The notes under the pieces: generated by a model
What the model was told of the DNA's origin: nothing
Database searches by the model: none
What the model saw: only the letters and a program-made list of their open reading frames with translations
NCBI GenBank assembly: GCA_964016885.1
Contig: OZ024745.1
Span: 25,606,001 to 25,670,000, forward strand
DNA length: 64,000 bases
Reading direction: 5' to 3'
Source of the DNA: Eledone cirrhosa
Taxonomy: Eukaryota
Program-made: the position numbers and the translations under genes
Shown here: in pieces, positions 28,360 to 40,529 of the stretch
How positions within the stretch are numbered: the first letter of the stretch is position 1
How the letters are laid out: every line of letters begins with the position of its first letter

Positions 28360-28535
28360 GCAACATTTGGCTTCATTATGGCCCTTTACATTCTGAGTTT
28401 AAAATCCCGCCGATGTTAGCGTTGCCTTTCATCCAAACGGGGTCGATAAAATAAAGCACCAGTAATGCACTGAGGTTGATTTATTCGACTTTGCCCTCTC
28501 CCAAATTACTGACCTTGTGCCTAAAGTAGAAATCT
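28360..28535 (+). mobile_element. SINE family A
   Basis: Core and tail motifs. Confidence 0.8.
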
Positions 28536-29180
28536 TTATGTCACAACTCAGTGCATACATCCGTACTTGGTGACCTTGCTTTTCTCCGATGTGTACAGTT
28601 TGTAAATATATGTAATGGGCACATCGGTATGACAAGGAATTTAAATAATAAATATACCTCAAAATAAAACAAAAACAACAACTAGAAAAACTTCGTTGCA
28701 TATTTTATTTATAAGCGGAAAACAAAATTGTGAAAGAAGACAAAGTGAGCAAAAATAAAGAAAGGAAAGAGAAAGGAAAGAGAAAGGAAAGATGTGAAGA
28801 TTCTTAGTGTAACATCTCATTATGTATTTAACATTGCTGACCTTTTCATCTTTGTGTGATCTTAATAGTAAACCGCCTAACACACATATACACTTACAAA
28901 CATACATGCACATACAACATATATACATACACATGCGCATAGACATACACATCTGTATGTATATATATATTGTAATGAGTTACTGCCCAAAGGCTGAGCT
29001 CTTGCCCTTTCGACAACGAGTGGATATATTTATATACTTACATATATGTGTATATATACACACACACATCATATATATATGTATATATGTATATATATAT
29101 ACACACACACACATCATATATATAAATATATATAGGAAAATGTTCAAGACCCCGACGGCAGAGTTCAAGTTATATATATA

Positions 29181-29248
29181 TAGGGTGTCCCCAAAATATA
29201 TACACACCAACAGAATTCTAATATGTGTATACATTTTTGGGGGGCACC

Positions 29249-29251
<3 letters not shown>
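29181..29251. mobile_element. 71-bp Tc1/mariner-type MITE
   Basis: TIRs tagggtgtccccaaaatatatacaca / tgtgtatacatttttggggggcaccctg, flanked by TA. Confidence 0.7.
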
Positions 29252-29286
<35 letters not shown>

Positions 29287-29307
29287 TACACACACACATA
29301 TATATTC

Positions 29308-29953
29308 TAGGGCGGGTAAAATTCCCGAGATCCACGGACGAGTTCTCTCGAGCGGTCTCTGTCCCTCATTATCGCTGCCATGTCCTGCGTCTCCAACAGA
29401 CCAGTGTCTGTCCTTAGGGCATCAACATACGTTAACTTTGGTCTTCCGCTTCCAGTGTATCCATGTAGGGGCTCCCACAGGAGCACTGAGTGCAATGTCA
29501 ACTCTGGATGTCGGTGAGCATGTCCAGCTAACCTCAGTCTCCTCTGTGTCATTTTTGAGCTGACTTTTGGGAGGCTCCCATACAGCTCTGAGTTTTTCAT
29601 CCTCAGTGTATACTGATTAATGTTCAGAGCCATCCTCAGCATTCTCGTGTAGCACCCATCCACCATCTGAGTGAGTTTCTTGGTCAGTGTCCAAGTCTCA
29701 GACCCGTACAGCAGCACAGACTCCACTACAGCAATGAAGAGGCGGATTTTCAGGTCTTTACAAAGGTTCGACTTCCACACCGATCTCAAGCTGTGGCACG
29801 CCGCCCAGGCTTTGCTCTTCCTTTCAACCACATCATCTTCCGTATTCCCAATCTTTGCTCCCAAATACAGGAAGTCCTCAACCAATTCTAGCGGCTTCCC
29901 GCCTACATTAGTGATCCCCTCTGGCTTCTCAACATTCTCTACCAGATATTTTG

Positions 29954-29955
<2 letters not shown>
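29308..29955 (-). mobile_element. RTE-clade LINE (family 2) 3' fragment, open frame
   Basis: LELVEDFLYLGAKI...KIRLFIAVVESVLLYGSETWTLTK...GRPKLTYVD...EFYPP*. Confidence 0.92.
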
Positions 29956-29992
<37 letters not shown>

Positions 29993-30497
29993 AATTCACC
30001 GCCAAAACGGGGGTTACCTCCCTTTGAGAAAACCACGTGTCTATAGCGAAATGTACTGCTAGAAAACACACCCGCTGAGGCTATAGAATGCAAGACTTGT
30101 TGATGAAGTAAATCCTTTGTTCTATCGTCAAAGGCCATTAACTTGCAGACCCCTGCAAGCGGAATTAGTCGATCTCGGATTTACAGAAACCTAGCGTGGA
30201 TGTTGTATGTTATATGTGATGTATATCGTATGCTATACGATATGCGTTATGTGTTGCATTCGATCTCCGCGTGATGGTGCAGGTCAGTCAAAATCTTTCC
30301 CTGAGTTCAGTCTTTTTCGTTGCTATGGCAATGCGGCTGGACTGCCGGTCGCTATATTTGATTTGCAAAGCTGTCTAAACGTATTGTTATAACTCTGGGG
30401 TATTATTCTCCATCGAGTGCTAAAGCTACATTCCGAATCTGCATTCGTTAGCTCAGCCGCAGCCTAAAGCTTCGTTAATGCTGTACTAAAATTTGTA

Positions 30498-30532
<35 letters not shown>

Positions 30533-30539
<7 letters not shown>

Positions 30540-30760
30540 TAACAGATTAAAGTTTAAGCAAAGAATCGCTGCTTTCACCCTTAACGGGATCTTCAGAAGA
30601 ATTGTTAGAAGATCCCGTTAAGGGTGAAAGCAGCGATTCTTTGCTTAAACTTTAATCTGTTATTTTAATAAATATTTGCTCTACGGTTCTTATATATGTG
30701 ATATATATTTTCCTTATCGAGCCCTCTTTGGATTTTAGTCTTCAATTTTATTATTATTAC
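30533..30760 (+). mobile_element. Fold-back family A copy with longest arms
   Basis: Arms ~30533-30593 / 30608-30669; - strand of the left arm reads CTGAAGA-TCCC-GTTAA-GGGT-GAAAGC. Confidence 0.82.
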
Positions 30761-30766
30761 TATATA

Positions 30767-30821
<55 letters not shown>

Positions 30822-30823
<2 letters not shown>

Positions 30824-31365
30824 GAATGTATGTATAGTATATTTGGCAATATAGCGTATGTTTAATTAAAAACATTTAGAAGACCATACGCTATCATTTT
30901 TAAAGTATTGACTACATCACTTACTTCTTTTCGGCGAAAGAAGGGAAAGAAGCTGACAGTCTGTTTCACGCTGGTTGGCGTTCATCAGAGCCACGTACTC
31001 CCCTGCTTTCGCCGAAAATTATAGAAGCTGGATTCTTATAGAATTCCAGTAATAATCAGGAGCTGATTATACAGAGCGATTGCCGGTCCAACAAAAATTA
31101 GGTATTAAGATTGGTGCTCTGAAATAGCGATGTATACATGAATGTATGTATAGTATATTTGGTAATATACTGTATGTTTAATTAAACACATTTAGAAGAC
31201 CATACGCTATCGGTTTTAAAGTAATGACTATGTCACTTCTTTTCTTTTCGGCGAAAAATGATAGCGTATGGTCTTCTAAATGTTTTTAATTAAACATACG
31301 GTATATTGCCAAATATACTATACATACATTCATGTATACATCGTTATTTCAGAGCACCAATCCTA

Positions 31366-31368
<3 letters not shown>
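30822..31368 (-). mobile_element. Penelope pLTR partial tandem plus inverted copy
   Basis: Direct repeats ~30822-30938 / 31139-31255, inverted copy 31254-31368, hammerhead between them, (TA)n flanks. Confidence 0.78.
30952..30991 (-). ncRNA. Type I hammerhead ribozyme, intact core
   Basis: GCT-CTGATGA-ACGC-CAACCA-GCGT-GAAACAG-A-CTGTC-AGC; stems I, II and III all pair; GUC triplet. Confidence 0.85.
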
Positions 31369-31389
<21 letters not shown>

Positions 31390-31408
<19 letters not shown>

Positions 31409-31573
31409 AGAAAGTATGACCCCGACGGCAGAGCTCAAGCCGTTTTGACGGCTATTTCTGGACTAAAGTAAGAGTTTTTTTAGTCGTATATCTATTACCC
31501 ACTCTACTATCCTAAGTATTGAGTACTCTGGTGCGTTATGGTCCATCTGGTTCCTTACCACACCTCCTTCGCT
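31390..31573 (+). mobile_element. Fold-back family B copy lacking the direct arm
   Basis: Inverted arm and tail homologous to 15111-15322. Confidence 0.7.
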
Positions 31574-31597
31574 ATATATAAATGTGTATATAAATTC

Positions 31598-31663
<66 letters not shown>

Positions 31664-34117
31664 GAATTTATATACACACACACGCATACATATATTTCTG
31701 TGAGTAATAAATTAGCATATAAAATTTGTACATACATAAATAGCATTAAATTTGTTAGTTGAAATGGAGAAATAACAACGATCCCGCTGCATTGTATTGA
31801 AATTTAGAGCTTACTTAGGAAATATCTTTACAGCTCTAGGAGAAAAGTGTATTGGCAGACTCGTTGGAACGTTAATTACGATGTTTTGAGATATTTGTTC
31901 TGACTCTCTATGTTCTGCGATCAAACCCCACCGAGGTCAATTTTGTCTTTCGTCCTTCTGGAATCGATAATAAGGTATCAGTCAAACTCTAGGTCGAATT
32001 ATTCCCCCATTCTTTCTTTTGTCGCTTAATAATCCTTTCTCTTTATCTCCCTTTTCTCTTATTTATAACATTTATAGTCCTTTCCAATACTACTTCTGTT
32101 TCGATGTGGTTGAATAAATATTAAATTCTTTATTATTTCCTAGAAGTATATTTGAGTATTTTGAAACAAAATCTGATAAATAGAAGAAAAAAAGTGAAAA
32201 TATACAACGAAATAAAGACTATTCAACCCACTTACCCCTCTCCCTAAATTCTTGGTTTTGTGTCTAAATAGAAATTACACCAATTGGAATTCGTAACATG
32301 CTACTGCAAACTAAGATACCAATATCTACCTCTAGTAACAAATAACTATCTGAAAACAAACCCATGTTTAGAATTCGTTAAATAAATGTGTTCCTGTTGT
32401 GTTCATTATGTCGTAGCCTCTTGTGTAATAAATGGTAGACTGTATACCTGGGATAGGGGAGCCATACGGATTATTGGGTTAAATATGTCGTCTATGGATA
32501 TATATGTATGTTGTTTCCTACAGTTATCTTTGATTGTTTTCGTGCTCTCTCTCTCTCCAACATACATAAGTCTCTAAAGTCTTACAAGGATCTGTGACTA
32601 AGCTAGAAATAAGATTAAAGTTAAAATATGATAAATTGAAAAACTGAAGCATGTGTACCAATGATAGAAGAGGTGCACTGATATACAGTAGTTCATCCTC
32701 ATATGAGATAAACTCAGGAGATTAGTGACGGTTTCCATGGTTTTAGATTTTGAGATGCGAACTATTTTCAAAGATGATGCATGTTGTACAACACCAACAT
32801 TAATTAGCTTAATACTTGTAACTCTCAATTACCTTGGTCAAACTATGTTGTAACTCGACATGCTAGGAATAGCTGTCCAATGTTCCTCAATTTGTATATT
32901 AGCATCTTGAGAAAGGAAGGGTGCATTAGATATAATGATGTAGTTCTAGTTACATTATCCGATAAAATATGAGATAGAATAGTTATAATATAAGAGGTGG
33001 AATGATTTTGATAAGTTTGATTGATCACGGCTGAGCTGGAGCTAAACACAATAACCACCACAGCTACCGCCGCCACTGACCACCACCACCAACAACAACA
33101 TGTTGAAAAAGAAACCTCATTTGGTGATTCTATGGAAGTATCTTGGTCAGCCTATGAATTCTTCAACTGATCCTCGTATTTTTAATTGAAGACACTACCT
33201 ATAAGTTTTAATTACTTTTGAAAATAATTAATAAGCTAGAAGGATTCAATAATATTATTAGCTATTCCCATTATTAGCTAGGGTTTAAATTATAATTTAA
33301 CCAAAATATTTACATAAAATTATGTTAAAATATTTTTTTTGTTTTTAGATAAATATGAACACTTTCAAACAAACATTGTATCTTAAAACAAATGGTGGCT
33401 TCATGCAGTTTGTATCAAGAGGGTTAAACGAGAGTCATGATATAAGAACTAAATACGTAGCGGTTGCTTGTAAAATTAAAGAGTATGTACTGACGCACTT
33501 AGGCCAGTTATTCTTATTTATGTCATATACAGAGGAGAAAGGGCATTCGAAACTGATGGGGTGGGGCTGAGAGAAAGAAACCGCAATACATGTGTTGCTT
33601 GCTTTTGAAGGGAATCAGTGCATTAGAATATCGAGTTACCCTCAGATCGGAGATATGGTACAAATACATGCAACAGAGTGGAGCAGGAGTATAGCATGGG
33701 GAGTGTGGGGAGAAAGCAGTCACTCCTGAGCGCAGGTATGAAGGGCGCAAATTTTCCTTTGATCTGTCATGTCTATCAATTAATTAAAGTACAGAGTGGA
33801 GAAAAAACCTAAAACTTCTTTGTCCTCGAGCGCTTAGTGCCCTTGCAAGGCCACTAGAGTGGATTGCATTAAAGGTAAAAGGGCCAGGTAGCGATGTTAA
33901 ATCGAGCAATGGAGGACTTGCTACTGTTTAATTCCACCGTTTTTATTTAATATGTAACTGTTAAATAATATGTCATCTTGGCCGATCAGGGTGTGATTAT
34001 CTTAAATGCCGTTCTATTTCTGCAAAATATATTAATTGACCAACTTTAACCTTTCAAACACTGGGTGACTCTTCATGTTCTCATTCCCACTAATAGAAGT
34101 TGTTAGATTATATAAGA

Positions 34118-34920
34118 GTGGTGGATTGGTAAAATCATTAGAGCGTCGGATAAAATGTTTTGCAGCATTTGATCTTAATGTCACTGAGTTCAAATCCCGT
34201 CAAGATCAATTTTAGCTTTCATCTTTCTGGGTCGATAAAATAAAGTACCAGTCAAATATAATCGAGTCCCCCCCCCCCCTCCACCTCTCTTCGAAAATTT
34301 CTGGGTTTGTGCGTTATTTAAAACTCAAGGGTTGGTGTATTGACAAAATCATGATAGTCCTGAATAAAATACTTTGTGGCATTTGAAATTTATGTATCTG
34401 GGTTCAAATCCCGCAATGGTCAACTGTGTCTTTCATTCTTTCGGCTCGATAAAATAAAATACAAACCAAGTAATGTAATCAATACAAATGTCTTTCTCTT
34501 CCTCTCAAAATTATTGGCCTTGTGCCTAAAGTAGAAACAATTTTTCTTATGCTTTGCGGCATAAAGTTACGGCCCACTCTGCATTCTGAGTTCAAATGCC
34601 GCCGAGGTTAGCTTTTCCTTTCATCCCTAGTGTCGACTAAATATAGTACCAGTAAAACCCACATATAAGGACTGATTTACATATAAGGACTGATTTACTC
34701 GACTTTCCCCTCCCTCCAAATTATTGGCTTTATGCCTAAATCAGAAAGCATTATTATTATTATGCTTTGCGGGATAGAGTTACAGCCCTCCCTGCATTCT
34801 GAGTTCAAATCCCGCTGAGGTTAACTTTGCCTTTCATTCTTACGGGGTCGATAAAATAAAGTTACCAGTAATGCACTGGATAATTGCTGGCCTTGTGCCA
34901 AACGTAGAAACAATTATTAC
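34118..34920 (+). mobile_element. Four head-to-tail SINE family A copies of differing age
   Basis: B boxes near 34187, 34401, 34589 and 34801, each followed by core and tail. Confidence 0.85.
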
Positions 34921-35077
34921 TAACACGTGTAGCATGCATTCCATTCCATATAAACCTGAAAACCTTTATCTGCATCAGACAAATTTATCTTTTCTTACAA
35001 TCAGTGACTCCTACTTTACTACAACAAATTGGTGAGGAGAATGGAATCGTACACACACGCACGCACACGTACACACA

Positions 35078-35153
<76 letters not shown>

Positions 35154-35246
35154 TATATATACATATATATGTGTGTGTGTATGTATATATATATACATAC
35201 ACACACTCTCACACACACACATATATATATATATACATGCACACGG

Positions 35247-35297
<51 letters not shown>

Positions 35298-35629
35298 TGA
35301 GAGACATCTAGGTTGTGAAATGAAGTAATGTATCAGTGATCTGGGAAAATTGCCATGAAGTAGCCCATCATTTATTCTCACATTGTGCATATACGACTAC
35401 ACTGTCTGTGTTCAAGATTTTAAAGACATTTGCTGGGATTTGAGGGAAATTCGGCTGATATTTCTAGCAAGTGCAACGTCTGTTTAGAGGTATCAACCAC
35501 AGTAGGCTATCTGGTTGTTCTTCTAGTTGGTATTGCAGTGTTTTTCTTATTTAACACAAGATCAAACTTCTTTGAGCAAACATTTCATTGAAATACATTC
35601 ATTTTACGATTGTTTGCTTCTTTCTTTAA

Positions 35630-35838
35630 CCCTTTAGCATTTAAACCGGCCATATCCGGCCAGAATTCTCTCACCTCTTTCTATTCAAACCGGCTGTAAC
35701 TAACCACTCATATTGCTCTCAAGATAAATAATATAAAACTCTAATAGATTCGATATTATGTGAGATAATTATGTGAGATAAAGTGTTTACCATGAAAATA
35801 CAATGGTATATATATAGAGTAATGTAAATGCTAAAGAG
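35630..35838. mobile_element. piggyBac-type MITE (second copy)
   Basis: TTAA flanks; homologous to 12534-12748. Confidence 0.8.
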
Positions 35839-36081
35839 TTAAGATAGTATGGTTTGATTTCAATGAGATTAAACCGTTGCTTCTAACAAGCCGAATCATC
35901 ACCAGACAGGAAGGTACAAGAGTTCAGTTTCTTGATCAAAGTTTAGCGCAAGACTAAACCAGTGAGGGTTTCTGCGGTTCTCTGCAGAACCTATCATATA
36001 CACATGCATGCATGCATGCATGCATGTATGTATGTATGTATGTATGTATGTATGTATGTATGTATGTATGTATGTATGTAT

Positions 36082-36689
36082 GTCAGGTCACCAGTTGGTA
36101 CTACTGGTAACATGTATCCCAGTACAACCTGTCTCATGGTCGGGTCGTTGGCGACTAAACTGGCAACCCCACCAAGGTTTCTTGGTGAGGACGGTGACTT
36201 TGGACATCCTGCAGGACTAAAAACAAAACCTGTCAAAGGGCAAAGGAGCTCTTAAGAGTCAATGGCCATCCAAAATCACCGGGAGAGATGACCCCTTAGC
36301 CTTTGTCAAGGCAGAATTCTAGGAGAAGGAAAACTCTGATATAACACCTGCAACCCTGATGGTATCCAATGATGTTGACTTGTTCTTCTTTTTGGTAAAT
36401 ATCATCTTGGTTAAGAGAGTGGGACTGGCTTTGTGCAGTGCCTTTGCTCACTATAAAAGCTTCACGGCACAGGCATTGCTTTATATCTGGAGATCTCTCT
36501 GCACTTGTCATCACATGGTACCATGGGCCTAGCACTATGTGTCAATAATTGTCACAGGTGTAGTGTTTGTACCAGAGTTTTCAAGTCGCTGGCTGGACTA
36601 AAAAGTCACACTCGTTTAGCACATCGGTAGGGGTTCTCCTACATGGATATAAAGTAGTGGCCGTACTCGAAAACGAGTTGGCAGCCACC
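36082..36689 (+). mobile_element. Type A RTE derivative, full length
   Basis: Near-identical to 8762-9370; (ATGT)n on both sides. Confidence 0.85.
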
Positions 36690-36724
36690 ATGTATGTATG
36701 TATGTATGTATGTATGTATGTATG

Positions 36725-36755
<31 letters not shown>

Positions 36756-36958
36756 GGAAAACGACCGCCACATAAACCAAAAAAGAGGTATAAGGATTCC
36801 TTGAAGGCCTCTCTGAAAGACGCTGGCTGGACTAAAAAGTCACACTCGTTTAGCACATCGGTAGGGGTTCTCCTACATGGATATAAAGTAGTGGCCGTAC
36901 TCGAAAACGAGTTGGCAGCCACCATGTATGTATGTATGTATGTATGTATGTATGTATG

Positions 36959-36988
<30 letters not shown>

Positions 36989-36989
<1 letters not shown>

Positions 36990-37546
36990 GGAAAACGACC
37001 GCCACATAAACCAAAAAAGAGGTATAAGGATTCCTTGAAGGCCTCTCTGAAAGACGCTAACATCTCTGCTGATACATGGGAAAATATTGCTGCTGATCGT
37101 AATAAATGGAGAAAGACTGTATATGAGGGAAAAGTTGCCTTTGAGGCATCTCGAATCGCACACGAGAAAGTAAAGCGGGACGTGAGGAAGGGTATTGCTG
37201 TTGCACTTCCAGACGGCGAGGGTCCTCCTATGTTTCTGACATGCAGCGTCTGTGCGAGACTCTGCCTAAGCAAAGCTGGACTCGAAAGTCATCTTCGCAG
37301 TCATAAAGTAAGACCAGTGGTTGACTACCAGGCTGCTGTTGGAGATGCTACTCATCATGCTTGCCAAACATGTGGTAGAGAATGTAAATCAGCAGGAGGA
37401 CTCAAGCGACATGCAAAAGTACACGAACTCCAACCACAGCCGACTATTCCCAGTAAATGTTTTGGTTGCCGACTCTGTGCAAGACATTTTGGATCATTGG
37501 CTGGGCTAAAAAGCCACATTCGATCGCAGCACTGTTAGTTGCTATC

Positions 37547-37584
<38 letters not shown>

Positions 37585-37663
37585 GCTTATGTGCGTGCGT
37601 GTGTGTGTATATATATATGAATATGTATATTATTATTGTTGTTGTCGTTATTATTATTATTGC

Positions 37664-37741
<78 letters not shown>

Positions 37742-37780
37742 TGTGCAATGGCCATACTCGATAACGAGGGGGCAGCCATC
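36989..37780 (+). mobile_element. RTE (BovB-like) LINE 3' end with three C2H2 zinc fingers, 3'UTR and (ATGT)n tail
   Basis: [31 protein letters not shown].., then CSVC..H..H, CQTC..H..H, CRLC..H...H; stop at 37538. Confidence 0.88.
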
Positions 37781-37839
37781 ATGTATGTATGTATGTATGT
37801 ATGTATGTATGTATGTATGTATGTATGCGTGTATGTATG

Positions 37840-39085
37840 TTCTTCTGGTTTTATAATTTCACAAATTTTTACCAATAGAGAGAGAGTCGGTTTCTAACAT
37901 AGACACAAGGCGCTCTCATTGAAATTTACACAACATCAACTAGGTAGATGATGTATGCATGTAGATATGGATGTTATTGTATGTTAGATGTGTATATTTT
38001 GAGTTGTATGTGTGCACGTGTATATGCTTTGTATCTGTACATGTGTATATGCAGCTATTAGATGCAAACTTTTTGGAAAGTTTTACATATTTTTACTGTT
38101 CCATTAATGGATTGTACTTGTAATTTCCTAACTAGTTGTGTTCTTTCTGTTCCTGTGAAGCCTAGCTTCTCAAGATTTGTATTGAGGCAGTTACTAACAT
38201 ATCCCAGTGCCCCAATAATCACAGGCATATATCTGAAGGTGTAATCAGGGTGGAGTATCTGCAAATTTCTCATCAGTTCTGCATAAATATTCTCCTTTTC
38301 GCTAATCTTTGATATTATATTGGCATCTGCTGGGCAGCTAACTTCCACTACTGTGCATGCTTTCTTCTCCCTGTCCCATATCATAATATCTGGTCTGTTA
38401 TGCCTGCATTTTATTGGCGTTTTTACTGGAGCATTCCACCAGTACTCTTTCATATAATGGATGTCTTCCACACATTGCTGTAGCTTTTAATGTTTATTAT
38501 CGGGGCTATCTTTTCTACAGATTGCATTTTACAGTGTTTTGGCCACTACATCATGCCTCATAGGTAGATAGTACCGCGATTACATCTTTGGACAGCTGCT
38601 GATGACCTGGTTGACATCTTCGATGTTAATTCTGCAGAGCCTGCACTTGTTATCACATCTAGGTGTTTTGCCTGCATCCCTATCTCTTTTGTGAATCAGG
38701 TATTTCGTGTTAATTTCCTGTTCTTGGATTGCAAAAGCGTATCCTTCAAAGTGGGAGCTAATATAGTGGTTGTTGGTCCAAGATAGATTACTTTCCTTAT
38801 CTATATTACTCTCACTCTGGAGCTTCCTGGCAACATATCCATGCATGATTTTTTGCTGATAAACATGCAGTTTTTCATCCATGGATTCACTGCGATAGTG
38901 CTGAGAGATTTCCCTGGGTGTGAGTTTTTGATTATCACACAGGGAATATCTCTCAAGGAGTTCCTTCCCAATTCTCATGATCTTATCTGTTTCATGCAGA
39001 TAGACTTGCTCGAGAAGCGGGATCCTACGCTTCGAGGTTCGTAGATGTTGTCGGAGGTATATGATGCGACATTCAAATGCTGTTC
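37840..39085 (-). mobile_element. R4/Dong-clade LINE, 5'-truncated copy 1
   Basis: FAIQEQEINTK, CRLC..I.DV.QVISSC, RHDVVAK, RHNRPDIMIWD, VVEVSCP; (ATGT)n flanks. Confidence 0.9.
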
Positions 39086-39117
39086 AAATGCTGTTCAAAT
39101 GTATGTATGTATGTATG

Positions 39118-39578
39118 AAGCACTCATAAGAGTCAACTGCCATCCAAAAGTGTATAAATATGTATATACACATGTACATATGTATATGTATATGTATATG
39201 TGTATATATATATGGGTGCATGTGTATGTATATGCGCGGGGACATAGAAATAGACGGGCTGGACACCCGATCGCGCGGTTAAACCACTGGGAATGAAGGA
39301 CCCCTAGCCTTTGTCAGGGCATTCTTCTAGGAGAAGGCAACTCGGGAAACTGGGAAAACTCCGACATAAAATCTGCGGCTCAGAAGTTACTGATGATGTG
39401 GATCTTTTCTTCTTTTCGGGTTATAGCTACTGTCTCTCAGAGAGTGGGATTGGCTCAGTGCACAGTCTTTCCTCACTTTTAAAAATATCTTCACGCATTG
39501 CACGATAGAATTAATTAATAATTATTAATAATGATATATCGTGCAATGGCCATACTCGATAACGAGGGGGCAGCCTTC
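39118..39578 (+). mobile_element. Type B RTE derivative, 5'-truncated
   Basis: Homologous to 10217-10646. Confidence 0.82.
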
Positions 39579-39640
39579 ATGTATGTATGTATGTATGTAT
39601 GTATGTATGTATGTATGTATGTATGTATGTATGTATGTAT

Positions 39641-40249
39641 GTCAACAGCATTGGATACCATCAGGGTTGCAGGTGTTATATCAGAGTTTTCCTTCTCCTA
39701 GAATTCTGCCTTGACAAAGGCTAAGGGGTCATCTCTCCCGGTGATTTTGGATGGCCATTGACTCTTAAGAGCTCCTTTGCCCTTTGACAGGTTTTGTTTT
39801 TAGTCCTGCAGGATGTCCAAAGTCACCCTCCTCACCAAGAAACCTTGGTGGGGTTGCCAGTTTAGTCGCCAACGACCCGACCATGAGACAGGTTGTACTG
39901 GGATACATGTTACCAGTAGCACCAACTGGTGACCTGACATTGTTCTTCTTTTTGGTAAATATCATCTTGGTTAAGAGAGTGGGACTGGCTTTGTGCAGTG
40001 CCTTTGCTCACTATAAAAGCTTCACGGCACAGGCATTGCTTTATATCTGGAGATCTCTCTGCACTTGTCGTCACATGATACCATGGGCCCAGCACTATGT
40101 GTCAATAATTGTCACAAGTGTAGTGTTTGTACCAGAGTTTTTAAGTCGCTGGCTGGACTAAAAAGTCACACCCGTTCAGCGCATCGGTAGGGGTTCTCCT
40201 ACATGGATATAAAGTAGTGGCCGTACTCGAAAACGAGTTGGCAGCCACC
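39641..40249 (+). mobile_element. Type A RTE derivative with inverted 5' half (39641-39939 on - strand)
   Basis: Break falls precisely between ..tgttgac and ttgttcttc.. of the canonical copy. Confidence 0.87.
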
Positions 40250-40351
40250 ATGTATGTATGTATGTATGTATGTATGTATGTATGTATGTATGTATGTATG
40301 TATGTATATATGTATGTACGTATGTATGTTTGTATGTATGTACGTATGTAT

Positions 40352-40521
40352 GTAGGTGTTTGTATATGTGTGTGCTGGTATGGATGTCATTCCATGTGCA
40401 TGCGGGATATGTGCACATATAAACATGTTTTTTATATCTGCACCTGTGTATATGCAATTATTACATACTAAATTTCTGGAATGTTTTACATATTTTGCCG
40501 TTCCATTAATGAATTGTACTT
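40352..40521 (-). mobile_element. R4/Dong 3' fragment (third, more diverged copy)
   Basis: QVQFINGTAKYVKH and 3'UTR homologous to 37940-38120. Confidence 0.75.
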
Positions 40522-40529
40522 GGTATGTA

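Noticed and set aside
32600-32910. Possible L2/CR1 remnant on the - strand
   Set aside because: Only a faint similarity (LRNIG, RMNYC); cannot be supported without a search.
37035-37538. Host C2H2 zinc-finger gene
   Set aside because: Fingers are fused to RTE C-terminal motifs, 5'-truncated at (ATGT)n and followed by the RTE 3' tail.
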